From contig JBGSMV010000059.1 in NCBI GenBank assembly GCA_041739995.1, positions 90,429 to 154,428 on the forward strand: DNA of 64,000 nt, given 5' to 3'. This document shows, one piece after another, positions 11,182-20,699 of the stretch. The DNA comes from Bdellovibrionota bacterium (GTDB lineage: Bacteria > Bdellovibrionota_C > UBA2361 > JBGSMV01). The position numbers and the translations under genes are program-made. Position 1 is the stretch's first letter, and each line of letters starts with the position of its first letter. The notes below the pieces were generated by a model. It worked only from the letters and a program-made list of their open reading frames with translations. It searched no databases and had not been told where the DNA came from.

Positions 11182-11859
11182 CTACGCAATCATTCCGGCA
11201 ACTTCTTGCGCGAGATTCGAAGCAACCTTCTCGATGCCCTCACCCACTTCAAAGCGCTGGAAACGACGAATGACGACCTTCTCTCCACATTTCATCGAGA
11301 ACTGTTCTACCAGTTTCTGTACTGACATCTCGCCGCTCTCGTCCTTCACAAAGGACTGTCTAAAAAGGACTGCATCCTCGTAGAATTTCTCGACTTTGCC
11401 TGGAAGAATTTTATCCGCCTTCTCGCGCTGTTGCTCGTTAAGCTGAGCAAGGAGGATTTCCTTTTCCTTCTCAATCACCTCTGGCGGTACTTCCTCGACG
11501 GAGACATACAGCGGCTTCATCGCGGCGACATGCAAGGCAAGATCTCGCGCGAGAGCACGAAACTCTTCTGTGCGCGCAACGAAATCGGTCTCACAGTTCA
11601 GTTCGACTACCGACACCACCTGCTCGCCTTGATGCACGTAAATTCCGATTGTCCCCTCTGCGGCAACCTTTCCTGCTCGCTTGCTGAGGTCTTTTAAGCC
11701 TTTCTTTCTAAGAACCTCGACCGCTTGGTCCATGTTACCTGACGCTTCGCTAAGCGCCGTCTTGCAATCGAGCATTCCAGCGCCAGTGCGCTCACGGAGT
11801 TGCTTGACCATTGATGCTGAGATTACCGTTCCTGATGATGCTGAATTACTTTCTGACAT
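11182..11859 (-). CDS. tsf: Elongation factor Ts (short form)
   Basis: VKQLRERTGAGMLDCK, ELNCETDFVA, RFEVGEGIEK. Confidence 0.97.
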   Translation of the reverse strand: MSESNSASSGTVISASMVKQLRERTGAGMLDCKTALSEASGNMDQAVEVLRKKGLKDLSKRAGKVAAEGTIGIYVHQGEQVVSVVELNCETDFVARTEEFRALARDLALHVAAMKPLYVSVEEVPPEVIEKEKEILLAQLNEQQREKADKILPGKVEKFYEDAVLFRQSFVKDESGEMSVQKLVEQFSMKCGEKVVIRRFQRFEVGEGIEKVASNLAQEVAGMIA

Positions 11860-12030
11860 GACTCACTATCCTTCTCTTCTGTCGAATTTCTCTTAGGGGC
11901 AACCGGTCATGAGAGTCCGAACCCTCAATACTCCAGTCAGCCCGCTCGACAATCTACGTTCATACAATCCGACCCGCACGCGCAGCGTCCCTCTCGGCAC
12001 ACCTTTCGCACACATGCAGGGAGGTAAAGC

Positions 12031-13239
12031 TTAAGAAGCGGCGGCTGGGCTCTCTGCGCTGGCTGCAGCTGGAGACTCAGTCGAAGTGTCAGCGCTACCC
12101 TTGGCTTCCGCCTGAGGAGCAGCCGGTTTCTCAGCTGACTTGTCCGCTCCTGCGTGCGTCTCTGGCTGATTTCGATGGAATCCACCACCGCCACCGCCAC
12201 CGCCGCGTCCACCACGACCGCCGCGCCCTGGACGATCCCTAGAGTCGCTGCTGTGTGTCTGTACGTGCGCTCGACCCTCAAGCACTTGTAGAAGCTCCTG
12301 CTTCTCTCGCGCTGGTCGCGCATTAAAGGCAGCACGACCTTCAATCACCGCGTCGCCTACTGCTGCCGAGAACAGGCGAATAGTACGGGATGCGTCATCA
12401 TTGGACGGAATCGGGTACTCAATGCGGTCTGGGTTTGCGTTGGTATCCGTCAGGGCGATCACTGGGATACGAAGACGACGAGCCTCTTGCACTGCAATCG
12501 TTTCTTTGAGCACGTCAATCACGAAGAGAGCGTCCGGTGGGCGCTTCATCATTCGAATACCGCCAAGGCTTTGCTCGAGCTTTCCAACTTCACGAGTAAT
12601 CTCGAGCTTTTCCTTCTTAGTGATCTTTACTTTGGTAACATCAGTCTCGGACTGTACAAGAAGCTCTTCAAGCTTACGCATACGGTCGATTGAATTCTTG
12701 ATGGTTTGAAAGTTGCTGAGCGTTCCGCCTAACCACCTGGTGGTTACGTAGAAACTGCCTGAACGCGCCGCTTCTTCTTGCACGATGTCTCGCGCCTGAA
12801 TCTTGGTACCTACGTACAGCAAGCTTCCGCCACGTGAGATGGTGTCGACGATAAACTTTCGAGCTTTTTCCCAAAGCCCAAGTGTTCCATCGAGATTTAA
12901 AATGTGGATACCGTTCTTGGCACAGTAAATGTGCGGTAGCATCTTCGGATTCCACTTCTGAGTTTGGTGTCCGAAATGTGCGCCCACTTCTAAGAGCGTG
13001 CGAATTGAAATTTCAACAGGATAGCTTACTTCACTAGAGAGGCTCTCTCCCTTAGCGGCGGCGCGACGCGCTGCTACTGAAGCTCTACCGGTAGACGGAG
13101 CTGCGCTCGAGGCGGCTGTTTCGTTTGCAGCAGCGGTCTCTGGAGTAAACTCCGAAACCTCAGCCTCAGCTGACTTCGCTTTTTTGTCGTTGGTAGCTTT
13201 GGAGTCATCGGTGCTCGCACCGTTTGTATCGATGGACAT
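12031..13239 (-). CDS. rpsB: 30S ribosomal protein S2 with long N- and C-terminal extensions
   Basis: LLEVGAHFGHQT, RWLGGTLSNF, DTNANPD, PSNDDA. Confidence 0.97.
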   Translation of the reverse strand: MSIDTNGASTDDSKATNDKKAKSAEAEVSEFTPETAAANETAASSAAPSTGRASVAARRAAAKGESLSSEVSYPVEISIRTLLEVGAHFGHQTQKWNPKMLPHIYCAKNGIHILNLDGTLGLWEKARKFIVDTISRGGSLLYVGTKIQARDIVQEEAARSGSFYVTTRWLGGTLSNFQTIKNSIDRMRKLEELLVQSETDVTKVKITKKEKLEITREVGKLEQSLGGIRMMKRPPDALFVIDVLKETIAVQEARRLRIPVIALTDTNANPDRIEYPIPSNDDASRTIRLFSAAVGDAVIEGRAAFNARPAREKQELLQVLEGRAHVQTHSSDSRDRPGRGGRGGRGGGGGGGGFHRNQPETHAGADKSAEKPAAPQAEAKGSADTSTESPAAASAESPAAAS

Positions 13240-13257
13240 TGGTTCCCTTTGGTCTTA

Positions 13258-13342
13258 GTTAGCCTCCCCGAGGATGAAGCGCGAGCTTCGTGAGCGAACG
13301 TGCAAAAAGCACGTCACCAAGACACCATGATCCTCGGGTGTG
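13258..13342 (-). promoter_or_regulatory. rpsB (S2/t44-type) autoregulatory leader RNA
   Basis: Minus strand CACACCCGAGGAT ... ATCCTCGGGGAGGCTAAC forms a closing stem with the ACAC and GGAGGC-TAAC ends typical of S2 leaders; internal GGTGTC and ACGTGC/GCACGT hairpin; directly upstream of rpsB. Confidence 0.7.
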
Positions 13343-13495
13343 AATTTTGTGAGACCCTAGCATGTGGTCTAGGAGGGGGCAAATAGCCGGAATCTTAAGG
13401 ATATACGGGCAGGTTAGCGGAAGAGCGGGATGCCGAAAAACGAGGACTGAGACAAAAAACCACCAATTGAATTAAGCCGTTGCAAGCATAGCGCG

Positions 13496-14305
13496 CTACA
13501 GCGGGTTCTGTGCGCCAAGGCCACCAGATTTGGCTGATTTAAAGCCCATCTCAACCTGTCGCTGACCTACATTCTCAACAAAGCGCTGTAGCAGCCCGAG
13601 ACAGCTCTGGCCGCCGCGCCCACCGACCAAAGCCTCAATAGCACGCTCGGGGTGTGGCATTAGTCCAACAACATTGCCGCTTTCGTTGCAGATACCCGCA
13701 ATGCTGGCCGCTGAACCGTTTGGATTTGAATTGCGGTCACCCGCGTCCACCTCTCCGCTCGCTGAACAATAGCGGAAGACCACCTGACCCGAAGTTTGGA
13801 TGCGAGAAAGCGTCTGCTCGTCCGCAAAGTAGTTCCCCTCTCCATGCGCAATTGGACAGGTAATGACCTCTCTGACTGCATTTGCCGAAGAGCCATTGGG
13901 AATATTCGCGCTAAAGGCACTAAGAGACGGCTCAACCAATAAATGGACTGGACGTGAAAGGAAGTTGCACCCGACGTTTCTCAGCAACACTCCCGGTAAC
14001 AGCCCCACCTCACACAGGATTTGAAACCCGTTACAAATCCCGAGAACGGCGCCGCCCGCGTTCGCAAATTTGAGCACTGCCGACATAGCTGGAGAAAGCT
14101 TGGCTAACGCACCGGTCCTAAGGTAGTCGCCGAAGGAGAATCCCCCCGGCAGTACGACCAGGTCAGGATTCTGTAAATCGTGATCCTGATGCCAGATCAT
14201 ACGCACGGCATGCTCGCCAGAGCTCGTATTCAATACCGTACCAAATGCGTGCGACACGTCGTGATCACAGTTGGAGCCAGGAAATACGATGATAGAAACT
14301 CTCAT
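13496..14305 (-). CDS. purQ: Phosphoribosylformylglycinamidine synthase glutaminase subunit
   Basis: [41 protein letters not shown]. Confidence 0.97.
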   Translation of the reverse strand: MRVSIIVFPGSNCDHDVSHAFGTVLNTSSGEHAVRMIWHQDHDLQNPDLVVLPGGFSFGDYLRTGALAKLSPAMSAVLKFANAGGAVLGICNGFQILCEVGLLPGVLLRNVGCNFLSRPVHLLVEPSLSAFSANIPNGSSANAVREVITCPIAHGEGNYFADEQTLSRIQTSGQVVFRYCSASGEVDAGDRNSNPNGSAASIAGICNESGNVVGLMPHPERAIEALVGGRGGQSCLGLLQRFVENVGQRQVEMGFKSAKSGGLGAQNPL

Positions 14306-14353
14306 CTCGCGGAACCTCTTGTAGACTTAATTCTGCCAGCTAATGACGACACG

Positions 14354-14492
14354 AGTGTCCTGGGTTCGAGGCTCGCATAAGTATCTTTCCCGCTGTTCTC
14401 GCTGAACTCTTTATGTAATTCATTAAATATCTTTACAAAGAGAACGGTGAGCGCGGCGAGAATTATTCATCCACCTAGCAACTCAGAACACT
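14354..14492 (+). mobile_element. MITE-like hairpin repeat, family A, copy 1
   Basis: Aligns end to end with 42944-43082 (same strand) and 21700-21847 (opposite strand); ends AGTGTCCTGGGTT ... AACTCAGAACACT. Confidence 0.75.
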
Positions 14493-14501
14493 ACAGCGCC
14501 T

Positions 14502-14611
14502 ACTCTGAAAATCTAATCTTAGTGGTGCAAACAAACTCTAGAAATTAGGCTAAATTTAATTGAACCAATATGACCACGAAGATAGCGACCAGGGATTTCC
14601 CGAGCTCCCTA
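14502..14611 (-). mobile_element. MITE-like hairpin repeat, family B, copy 1 (degenerate end, internal deletion)
   Basis: Reverse complement contains AGAGTTTGTTTGCACCACTAAGATTAGATTTTCAGAGT, matching 17193-17338 and 55970-56097; outer end TAGGGAGCTCGGGAA. Confidence 0.7.
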
Positions 14612-14613
14612 CA

Positions 14614-14853
14614 TTAAGCCTCTCGAATCTCATAATTTTCAATGATGGGATTCACTAAAAGCGTATCGCACAATTTTGAGACCTGGGCTTTTGCCTCCTC
14701 AAATGAAGGTGCATCGACCACCATCTCGATCAACTTGCCAATTCTCACATCGTGCACCGCTGCGCTACCCGTCTCGACCAAGCTGCGCTCAACGGCTTTG
14801 CCTTGCACATCCAGCACTCCTGGCTTCAGTCGAACAAGTACTTGCACTTTCAT
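14614..14853 (-). CDS. purS: Phosphoribosylformylglycinamidine synthase subunit PurS
   Basis: LKPGVLDVQGKAV, VRIGK, LLVNPIIENY. Confidence 0.96.
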   Translation of the reverse strand: MKVQVLVRLKPGVLDVQGKAVERSLVETGSAAVHDVRIGKLIEMVVDAPSFEEAKAQVSKLCDTLLVNPIIENYEIREA

Positions 14854-14930
14854 GGCCTACCTCTTCCCCTCTTCGCTCTGTCCAAAGTCGCTGTCATTTG
14901 TCAGAGCTACTTTCCGCCCATATTACGCGG

Positions 14931-16247
14931 CTATACTTTATCGATTCCACCCTGCGCTGCAAGCGCTCGGTCGATGATAAAACCAACTTGGGCCAAATGA
15001 GCGCGCGCATCGAACATGACCTCGAGTTTTGGACGAGGAACCCTAGCTAGTACGTCCTCATCCGCCATTACCCTCTCAGCCAGAGAAGCCCCGCCCTCAG
15101 ATGCTGCAAATGCATGTTTTTGCACTAGGCTATAGGCTTGCTCGCGGCTTAAGCCCGCGTCGGCCAGAGCGAGCAACAGCCCACCTGAGAATATCACTCC
15201 GTTACCGGACTCGAGATTTTTACGCATTCGCTCAGTATCGACCGTCATTCCCGCTACTACTTGGGAAAATCGCTCGAGCATAAAGTCCGCCAACTGACAG
15301 GCATCGGGCGCAATCACGCGCTCGACCGAACTGTGACTAATGTCGCGTTCATGCCAAAGCGCAACGCTCTCAGAAGATGCATTGGAATAGGAGCGCAGCA
15401 GGCGAGCGAGTCCGCAAATATTTTCGCACAAAATTGGATTGCGCTTATGCGGCATCGCAGAAGAACCTTTTTGACCGCTCCCGAAGGGTTCTTGCACCTC
15501 GGCGACTTCACTGCGTTGCAGGTGTCTAATTTCAGTGCAAAAGCGATCAAGCGAAGAACCCAGTAGAGAAAGCGCTCCAAAGAACGCCGCGTGCCTATCT
15601 CGGGCGACCACCTGAGTCGCTACTACCTCCGGACGCAATCCTAGCTTACCCAGCACGAAGCTCTCGACCTCTGGGGAAAGCGATGCATAAGTACCCACCG
15701 CGCCGCTCATTTTGCCAACGCGGATTTCATCTGATGCTGCCAACAGTCTAACTTTTGCTCGACACATCTCTGCGTACCAGCCAGCAAGCTTTAGACCAAA
15801 GGTCATCGGCTCTGCGTGCATGCCATGCGAGCGCCCAATACATAGGGTTTGGCGATGAGCTTCAATCACTGGAACCAGAGTTGCGAGAAGCTTGTCTACT
15901 CCTGCGAGAATCAAGTCGGCACTTCTGGAAAGCTGAACTGCGAATGCGGTATCGAGCAAGTCATTCGAGGTCAGCCCACGATGCATGAAGCGTGCGTCGA
16001 TACCGGCCTTCTCGGAAACTGCAGTAAGAAACGCTATCACGTCATGTTTGACTTCGGCCTCGATTTCCAGAACGCGCTTCGGATCGACCGAGCCCACTGA
16101 CCGCACAGCCGCGGCGGCAGAAGCTGGAATTAAGCCAACTTTCGCCATGCCTTCGAGGGCGAGCGCTTCAATTTCAAGCCATAGCACGAAGCGATTTGCA
16201 TCACTCCAAATAGCGGACATTTCTGGTCGGGTATATCGAGGAATCAT
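14931..16247 (-). CDS. purB: Adenylosuccinate lyase
   Basis: Start reassigned to MIPRYTRPEM (ATGA overlap with upstream gene); KHDVIAF, GRSHGMHAEP, GSSAMPHKRNP, LWHERDISHSS. Confidence 0.97.
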   Translation of the reverse strand: MIPRYTRPEMSAIWSDANRFVLWLEIEALALEGMAKVGLIPASAAAAVRSVGSVDPKRVLEIEAEVKHDVIAFLTAVSEKAGIDARFMHRGLTSNDLLDTAFAVQLSRSADLILAGVDKLLATLVPVIEAHRQTLCIGRSHGMHAEPMTFGLKLAGWYAEMCRAKVRLLAASDEIRVGKMSGAVGTYASLSPEVESFVLGKLGLRPEVVATQVVARDRHAAFFGALSLLGSSLDRFCTEIRHLQRSEVAEVQEPFGSGQKGSSAMPHKRNPILCENICGLARLLRSYSNASSESVALWHERDISHSSVERVIAPDACQLADFMLERFSQVVAGMTVDTERMRKNLESGNGVIFSGGLLLALADAGLSREQAYSLVQKHAFAASEGGASLAERVMADEDVLARVPRPKLEVMFDARAHLAQVGFIIDRALAAQGGIDKV

Positions 16248-17116
16248 GCAGCTCTCCAGTCGTCGGTGCTCATTCTCGCGGCATCTGAAACGCCCAAAGG
16301 TGAACATGCCAGCTCGGCAACGTCAAACAGAGGAGTAGCGGCATGAATCGATGCACAATGAACTCGGCCCGGAGGGCACAGTCTGGAGCTTTCGCTCAGG
16401 TAGGACCGAACCGTAGCCAAAGCCACCTCTGGGGTATTGCTGTGTTCGCTAAGATGAGCCAGCACCACCTGTCCAAGAGTGCCTTCCATCTGAGCGCCTA
16501 TTAAAGCACCCGCGGCATGATTACTCAGATGCCCATGAGTCGACCTAATCCGTTCTTTAAGGTCCCAGGGATACTCACAAGCCTGCAAGAGTTCCTCGTC
16601 GTGGTTCGACTCCAGCACCATGGCATGTGCGCCGCTAATGTTCTCATTCACCAGCCGTGTGACACGCCCCAGGTCAGTGCAATGCACAAGCGTCAGGCCC
16701 TCGAAGTGCAGCTTAAACCCAATCGGATCGGCCGCGTCATGAGGAATGCTAAAAGTCGAGACGTCGACGCCTCCTATGGTGCACTGGCTGGTAGGACTTG
16801 AGGGTCCGGCACTGAAGGACTCCCACTTAAAAATCTTATGATTCCTAACCCCGTCCTTATAGGCTCGGTGCGTCAGATCATTCATAAATACAGGAATGCG
16901 ATGACGCCGGGAAAAAACACTAAGCCCTAGCACGTGATCTGAGTGTTCGTGAGAGACTAAAATACCCGAGATAGTCTCAGGTTCTATTTTCACCTCGGCC
17001 AGCCGCTCCTCGAGCCGCCTTGCCGACAAGCCGCAGTCAATCAGCAATCGTGTCGAACCACATTCGACAATTGTAGCGTTGGCCTTACTTCCACTGGAAA
17101 GAACAGAAAACTTCAT
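16244..17116 (-). CDS. MBL-fold metallo-hydrolase (YycJ/WalJ-like)
   Basis: SSGSKAN, LIDCG, SHEHSDH, PHDA, ESNHD, GHLSN, LAHLSE. Confidence 0.9.
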   Translation of the reverse strand: MKFSVLSSGSKANATIVECGSTRLLIDCGLSARRLEERLAEVKIEPETISGILVSHEHSDHVLGLSVFSRRHRIPVFMNDLTHRAYKDGVRNHKIFKWESFSAGPSSPTSQCTIGGVDVSTFSIPHDAADPIGFKLHFEGLTLVHCTDLGRVTRLVNENISGAHAMVLESNHDEELLQACEYPWDLKERIRSTHGHLSNHAAGALIGAQMEGTLGQVVLAHLSEHSNTPEVALATVRSYLSESSRLCPPGRVHCASIHAATPLFDVAELACSPLGVSDAARMSTDDWRAA

Positions 17117-17192
17117 GGGAGAAAACTACGATCGCCCGCCTACAGGGGCAACGGAAAATGCAGAAGTATTTGCTCCAAAGAGAGGGCTCACC

Positions 17193-17338
17193 TAATGAAC
17201 CTCTGAATATCCCGTGTTTCTACCTTCATGCACTTTGAGGTCCTCGTGGTTTAATCAAATCTAGGCTAATTCCCAGAATTTGTTTGCACCACTAAGACCG
17301 CAAGGACCACTAAGACTTAGTCTTTCAGAGTTTCCCTA
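17193..17338 (+). mobile_element. MITE-like hairpin repeat, family B, copy 2; terminal TA is part of the apbE stop codon
   Basis: TAATGAACCTCTGAA ... TTCAGAGTTTCCCTA; aligns with 55970-56097; carries an extra ACCACTAAGAC unit. Confidence 0.78.
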
Positions 17339-18337
17339 AATGCCGAGTTGCCTTCGGTCCAACCCAAAACGAGTGACCAATCCAGCGTCATCGATGGTTA
17401 GCGCCTCCAATCCGAGCTCAGAAAGGAAGTAAATCGCACTCTCCCGCTCCATCAGCATGGCTGAAGTCGAAAGCACTCCTGCTACTAAGCAGGACGGAGC
17501 GCACACGCTTGCTGAGGCAAAGCTGGTTTTGGGCATCCCTGTTCGGGGATTTAGAAGGTGGCAATATCTAACGCCATCAAAAATGAATGCGCGCTGATAG
17601 TCACCGCTAGTTGCCAGAGCTGAGTCTTGCAGAAACATGACCTCAGACATGGCGTTTTCTTTACGCGGGTGAGCGATCCCTAGTCGCCAGGGGCGGCCTG
17701 AAGGATGAGTGCCGATCGTGGCAGTGTCTCCGCCAAAGTTCACAAGTGCGCTATTGACTCCGCTTTCACGCAGAAGAGAAATTGCACAATCGACGGCATA
17801 CTCCTTTCCGATGCCGCCAAAGTCGATTTCCATGCCATCTACGTCAAAGCGAATGCCGTCCGATGACAGGTGCACCTTGTCCCAACCAACCAAGGGGAGA
17901 ATCTCAGCAAGATTTTCCGCACTGGGAACTTGCTTCGCGGAAAAGTTCCACGCTTTTCTAAATACTCCACTGGTAACGTCAAACACCCCTTCGGAGCTCC
18001 GATGCGCCTCATCCGCTACGTTAAGAAGCCCCCTAGTTTCAGGATCTATCGCGACCGTGGCACGGAACGCCCCCGCATTTATTATCGAGAGGGCGCTGTT
18101 TGGTACATAGCGTGAATATTTCGCCTGAATTCGCAACGCCTCTGCGCGCACGCGAGAGAGAATCGTACTACAAGTCCTGTCGTTGAAATCACCGGCTACC
18201 ACAACTGAGTTCTGGCACCCGAAGGCATCGAAACACAACGAAGCTAAGCGACTACGGCCGCCTTCAGCATGTGAGAGTGGAGACTGTTCGGCTGCTAAAG
18301 GCATTTCACCATGTAGATTCAGAAATTGACCTGCCAT
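17336..18337 (-). CDS. apbE: FAD:protein FMN transferase
   Basis: SEGVFDVT, IDFGGIGKEYAVD, LVNFGGD, ALATSGDYQR, RYCHLLNPRTG. Confidence 0.95.
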   Translation of the reverse strand: MAGQFLNLHGEMPLAAEQSPLSHAEGGRSRLASLCFDAFGCQNSVVVAGDFNDRTCSTILSRVRAEALRIQAKYSRYVPNSALSIINAGAFRATVAIDPETRGLLNVADEAHRSSEGVFDVTSGVFRKAWNFSAKQVPSAENLAEILPLVGWDKVHLSSDGIRFDVDGMEIDFGGIGKEYAVDCAISLLRESGVNSALVNFGGDTATIGTHPSGRPWRLGIAHPRKENAMSEVMFLQDSALATSGDYQRAFIFDGVRYCHLLNPRTGMPKTSFASASVCAPSCLVAGVLSTSAMLMERESAIYFLSELGLEALTIDDAGLVTRFGLDRRQLGI

Positions 18338-18604
18338 CGGCTACTAGGTCTCGGAGAGTAATGGAAGCATCCCCCTCTCCACGTCCACCGCAACCTGCGT
18401 GGGAAAAATCCCATTTTAAATATTTCTACGCTCGCCGACACTGCCCACGGAACAAAGCGCAGCCTTCTACCGCATCTGTCTATTCCGATTGACTCTAGCT
18501 GTGTACACCATTTTTTCAATAACACGGAGGGCGCTGAGGGCAGGTAGAAAAATCCCTCTGCCCCGTGTCCACCGTGGCCTCCGCGTTAAGAATTCCCTCC
18601 ACGA

Positions 18605-18637
18605 ACCACTAAGATTGAGTTTTTCAGAGTTTCCGTA
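18605..18637 (+). repeat. Partial right end of the family B repeat
   Basis: ACCACTAAGATTGAGTTTTTCAGAGTTTCCGTA matches the family B right end. Confidence 0.6.
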
Positions 18638-18681
18638 CCTTGCGGAATGAACGAGTAAACGAAGCCACAAAAACCGGGGAA

Positions 18682-19872
18682 TTAAAAGCGCCCCGAAACA
18701 CCAAAGCCCGTAAACCTTGCGTGGAAATCCGAAATATCATCGGTACCAGAACTAAACAGGGCCCAGGAATTTCTCTGTTCCATCCACTCGATTAGCGCGT
18801 CAAACGAGATGTGCTCTGAAAGGGCATACTCCAGCTTCAATCCAAGCGAAAAGCTTCCAAAGGCAGCCATGCGCTGATCGTATGTTGAAAAAGTCTCAAA
18901 GTCCGTTGGAGGATACTCCTGTCCGAAAAACTCTGCTTCGGTCTGAGTGTAGTAGCGCACTTTAGGCCGCAGCATGAACTGTTCGCCGAGAGGTTGATAC
19001 CACTTCACGTCCACTGTGTGAGAGGCGACGCTCCACGAGGTCATCAAGGCGCGATAGTCGGTATGTAGCGACGCGTCTAAAGATTCGACGAATTGGTTGT
19101 GGCGAATCACTACGCCGTATTCGTCTCTCGAGCGTGGACGGTTATCAAAAAACTTATACTGATCGGAAGTGTAGCCGTCGGCATTTTGGTAGAACAAATT
19201 AAGCTGAGCAATGCTGTTAGGAGTAAGTACCTGGGTTACTCCAGCCAGCCACGCGAAGGTTCGGCGTCGCTCAAGCAACGACTGATTATTTGTGGAGGTG
19301 ATACGGTCCCACGTGGGGCTAACGCCAAAGTTCAGCGTGGTATTCTTATCTTCAGTCCACCACTGAACTTCAAGCGACGCACTATTAGAGGTCCAATCGT
19401 CCTCCCCGGAGTAGGCACCGCCGAGTGAGATCTTGTAGCGCTCAAACGACTTGCTGAGTCGCACATCTCCGAAATTTCGCTTGTCCTCGATTCCAAGGCC
19501 CGATGCGCCGCTCAACGAATCCAGATAGAAAGGAGAGGCGCCTGAGATATCATCAATTTGAAAGGTGCCTTCCAATTCCCAACTTTCCGCAAACGCCGAC
19601 CGGGCCCACAGCATCGGACTCTTGACCTTAATTCGATTCTCTCCCCCGGCCTGCCAGTCGTCGTAGTAGAAGTAAGCGATCTTGGCCTCGGTGGACGACT
19701 CGGCAGATTGGGCAAGAGCAATGCCTGCTCCGGCGGAAGGAATAGCTGCCGCAACTGACAAAAGTGCGCGCACCGATGGTGCCAGCTCTCTATTAGAACT
19801 TCGCGCTGAATCGATCGAAGAATCTCGAGAGACGGCGGAAGCGCAAGAAAATGCTTGGTTCAAGGTTGTCAT
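18682..19872 (-). CDS. DUF3570-family outer-membrane beta-barrel-like protein with two flavinylation-type motifs
   Basis: Signal-like N-terminus, alternating beta-strand pattern, C-terminal Phe, DDISGAS and DSLSGAS motifs; lies between DUF4266 and apbE. Confidence 0.85.
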   Translation of the reverse strand: MTTLNQAFSCASAVSRDSSIDSARSSNRELAPSVRALLSVAAAIPSAGAGIALAQSAESSTEAKIAYFYYDDWQAGGENRIKVKSPMLWARSAFAESWELEGTFQIDDISGASPFYLDSLSGASGLGIEDKRNFGDVRLSKSFERYKISLGGAYSGEDDWTSNSASLEVQWWTEDKNTTLNFGVSPTWDRITSTNNQSLLERRRTFAWLAGVTQVLTPNSIAQLNLFYQNADGYTSDQYKFFDNRPRSRDEYGVVIRHNQFVESLDASLHTDYRALMTSWSVASHTVDVKWYQPLGEQFMLRPKVRYYTQTEAEFFGQEYPPTDFETFSTYDQRMAAFGSFSLGLKLEYALSEHISFDALIEWMEQRNSWALFSSGTDDISDFHARFTGFGVSGRF

Positions 19873-19892
19873 GATACGTGCCCCCTGCCTGC

Positions 19893-20129
19893 TCAGTTAC
19901 ACCCGCATCCGCCACCGCCGATACCATAACCGCCAGATGTTCCTTCTTTGGCGGCATAAACTTTCTTCGTGTAGCGGGCTTCTACTGGATCGGGGTCAAA
20001 TTGCATGTGTCGGCGAGCGAGGTTCTGTTTCTCCCACGGCTGAACTGAACCAAGCGATGAGCTGGAACTACAGCCAACGCAAAGAACGGCAAGAAGCGAG
20101 AGTGCAGAAATGCGCAGCAGTAGGCTCAT
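19893..20129 (-). CDS. DUF4266-family small lipoprotein
   Basis: Lipobox-like CVGC, VQPWEK, C-terminal EGTSGGYGIGGGGCGCN. Confidence 0.9.
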   Translation of the reverse strand: MSLLLRISALSLLAVLCVGCSSSSSLGSVQPWEKQNLARRHMQFDPDPVEARYTKKVYAAKEGTSGGYGIGGGGCGCN

Positions 20130-20182
20130 GAGAGTGTCTCCTCAAAAAAGGCCCGTTCGACAACAGGGCATGAACTTATTTT

Positions 20183-20698
20183 CTAGTGTGTGGGCGATCC
20201 GAGCAAGACATCAATCTCGTGCTCAAGCGATGCCTTGTCGAAGGCTCTAAATCCTCTATGTACGCGCACGATCTTGCCATTCTGGTCGATCAGGTACGAT
20301 GTGGGCATTGTGGGAACGCGGAACGATTTCGCTGCAGCTCCTTCGGGGTCAAATAGCACTTGATATTGCGGCTTTACGCGCTTGAGGCTCTTCTCTGCTT
20401 GGCTTCGTTCGCGGTCTACAGACACGGCGATTACATCCAAGCCTCGATCCGCGTATTTTTCGACTAAGCTGTTCATCCAAGGAAGCGATTCTTGACATGG
20501 GGCACACCACGAGGCCCAGAAGTCCACATAGGTGACTCTGCCCGCGGTATAACTTAACGCGGTCGGTTCACCCTCTGTGTCGCGCAGGGTAACAATAGGA
20601 AGCGCGTCATTGGGACCGACAGCAAACGCCGGCACGCTGAGTAATGAGCTCAGTAGCAAGTGTGCAACGACCGCCAGCCCCTTAGAAACCATCTTCAT
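20183..20698 (-). CDS. TlpA-family thioredoxin (exported)
   Basis: Signal peptide, DFWASWCAPC, MPTSYLID. Confidence 0.92.
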   Translation of the reverse strand: MKMVSKGLAVVAHLLLSSLLSVPAFAVGPNDALPIVTLRDTEGEPTALSYTAGRVTYVDFWASWCAPCQESLPWMNSLVEKYADRGLDVIAVSVDRERSQAEKSLKRVKPQYQVLFDPEGAAAKSFRVPTMPTSYLIDQNGKIVRVHRGFRAFDKASLEHEIDVLLGSPTH

Positions 20699-20699
20699 C

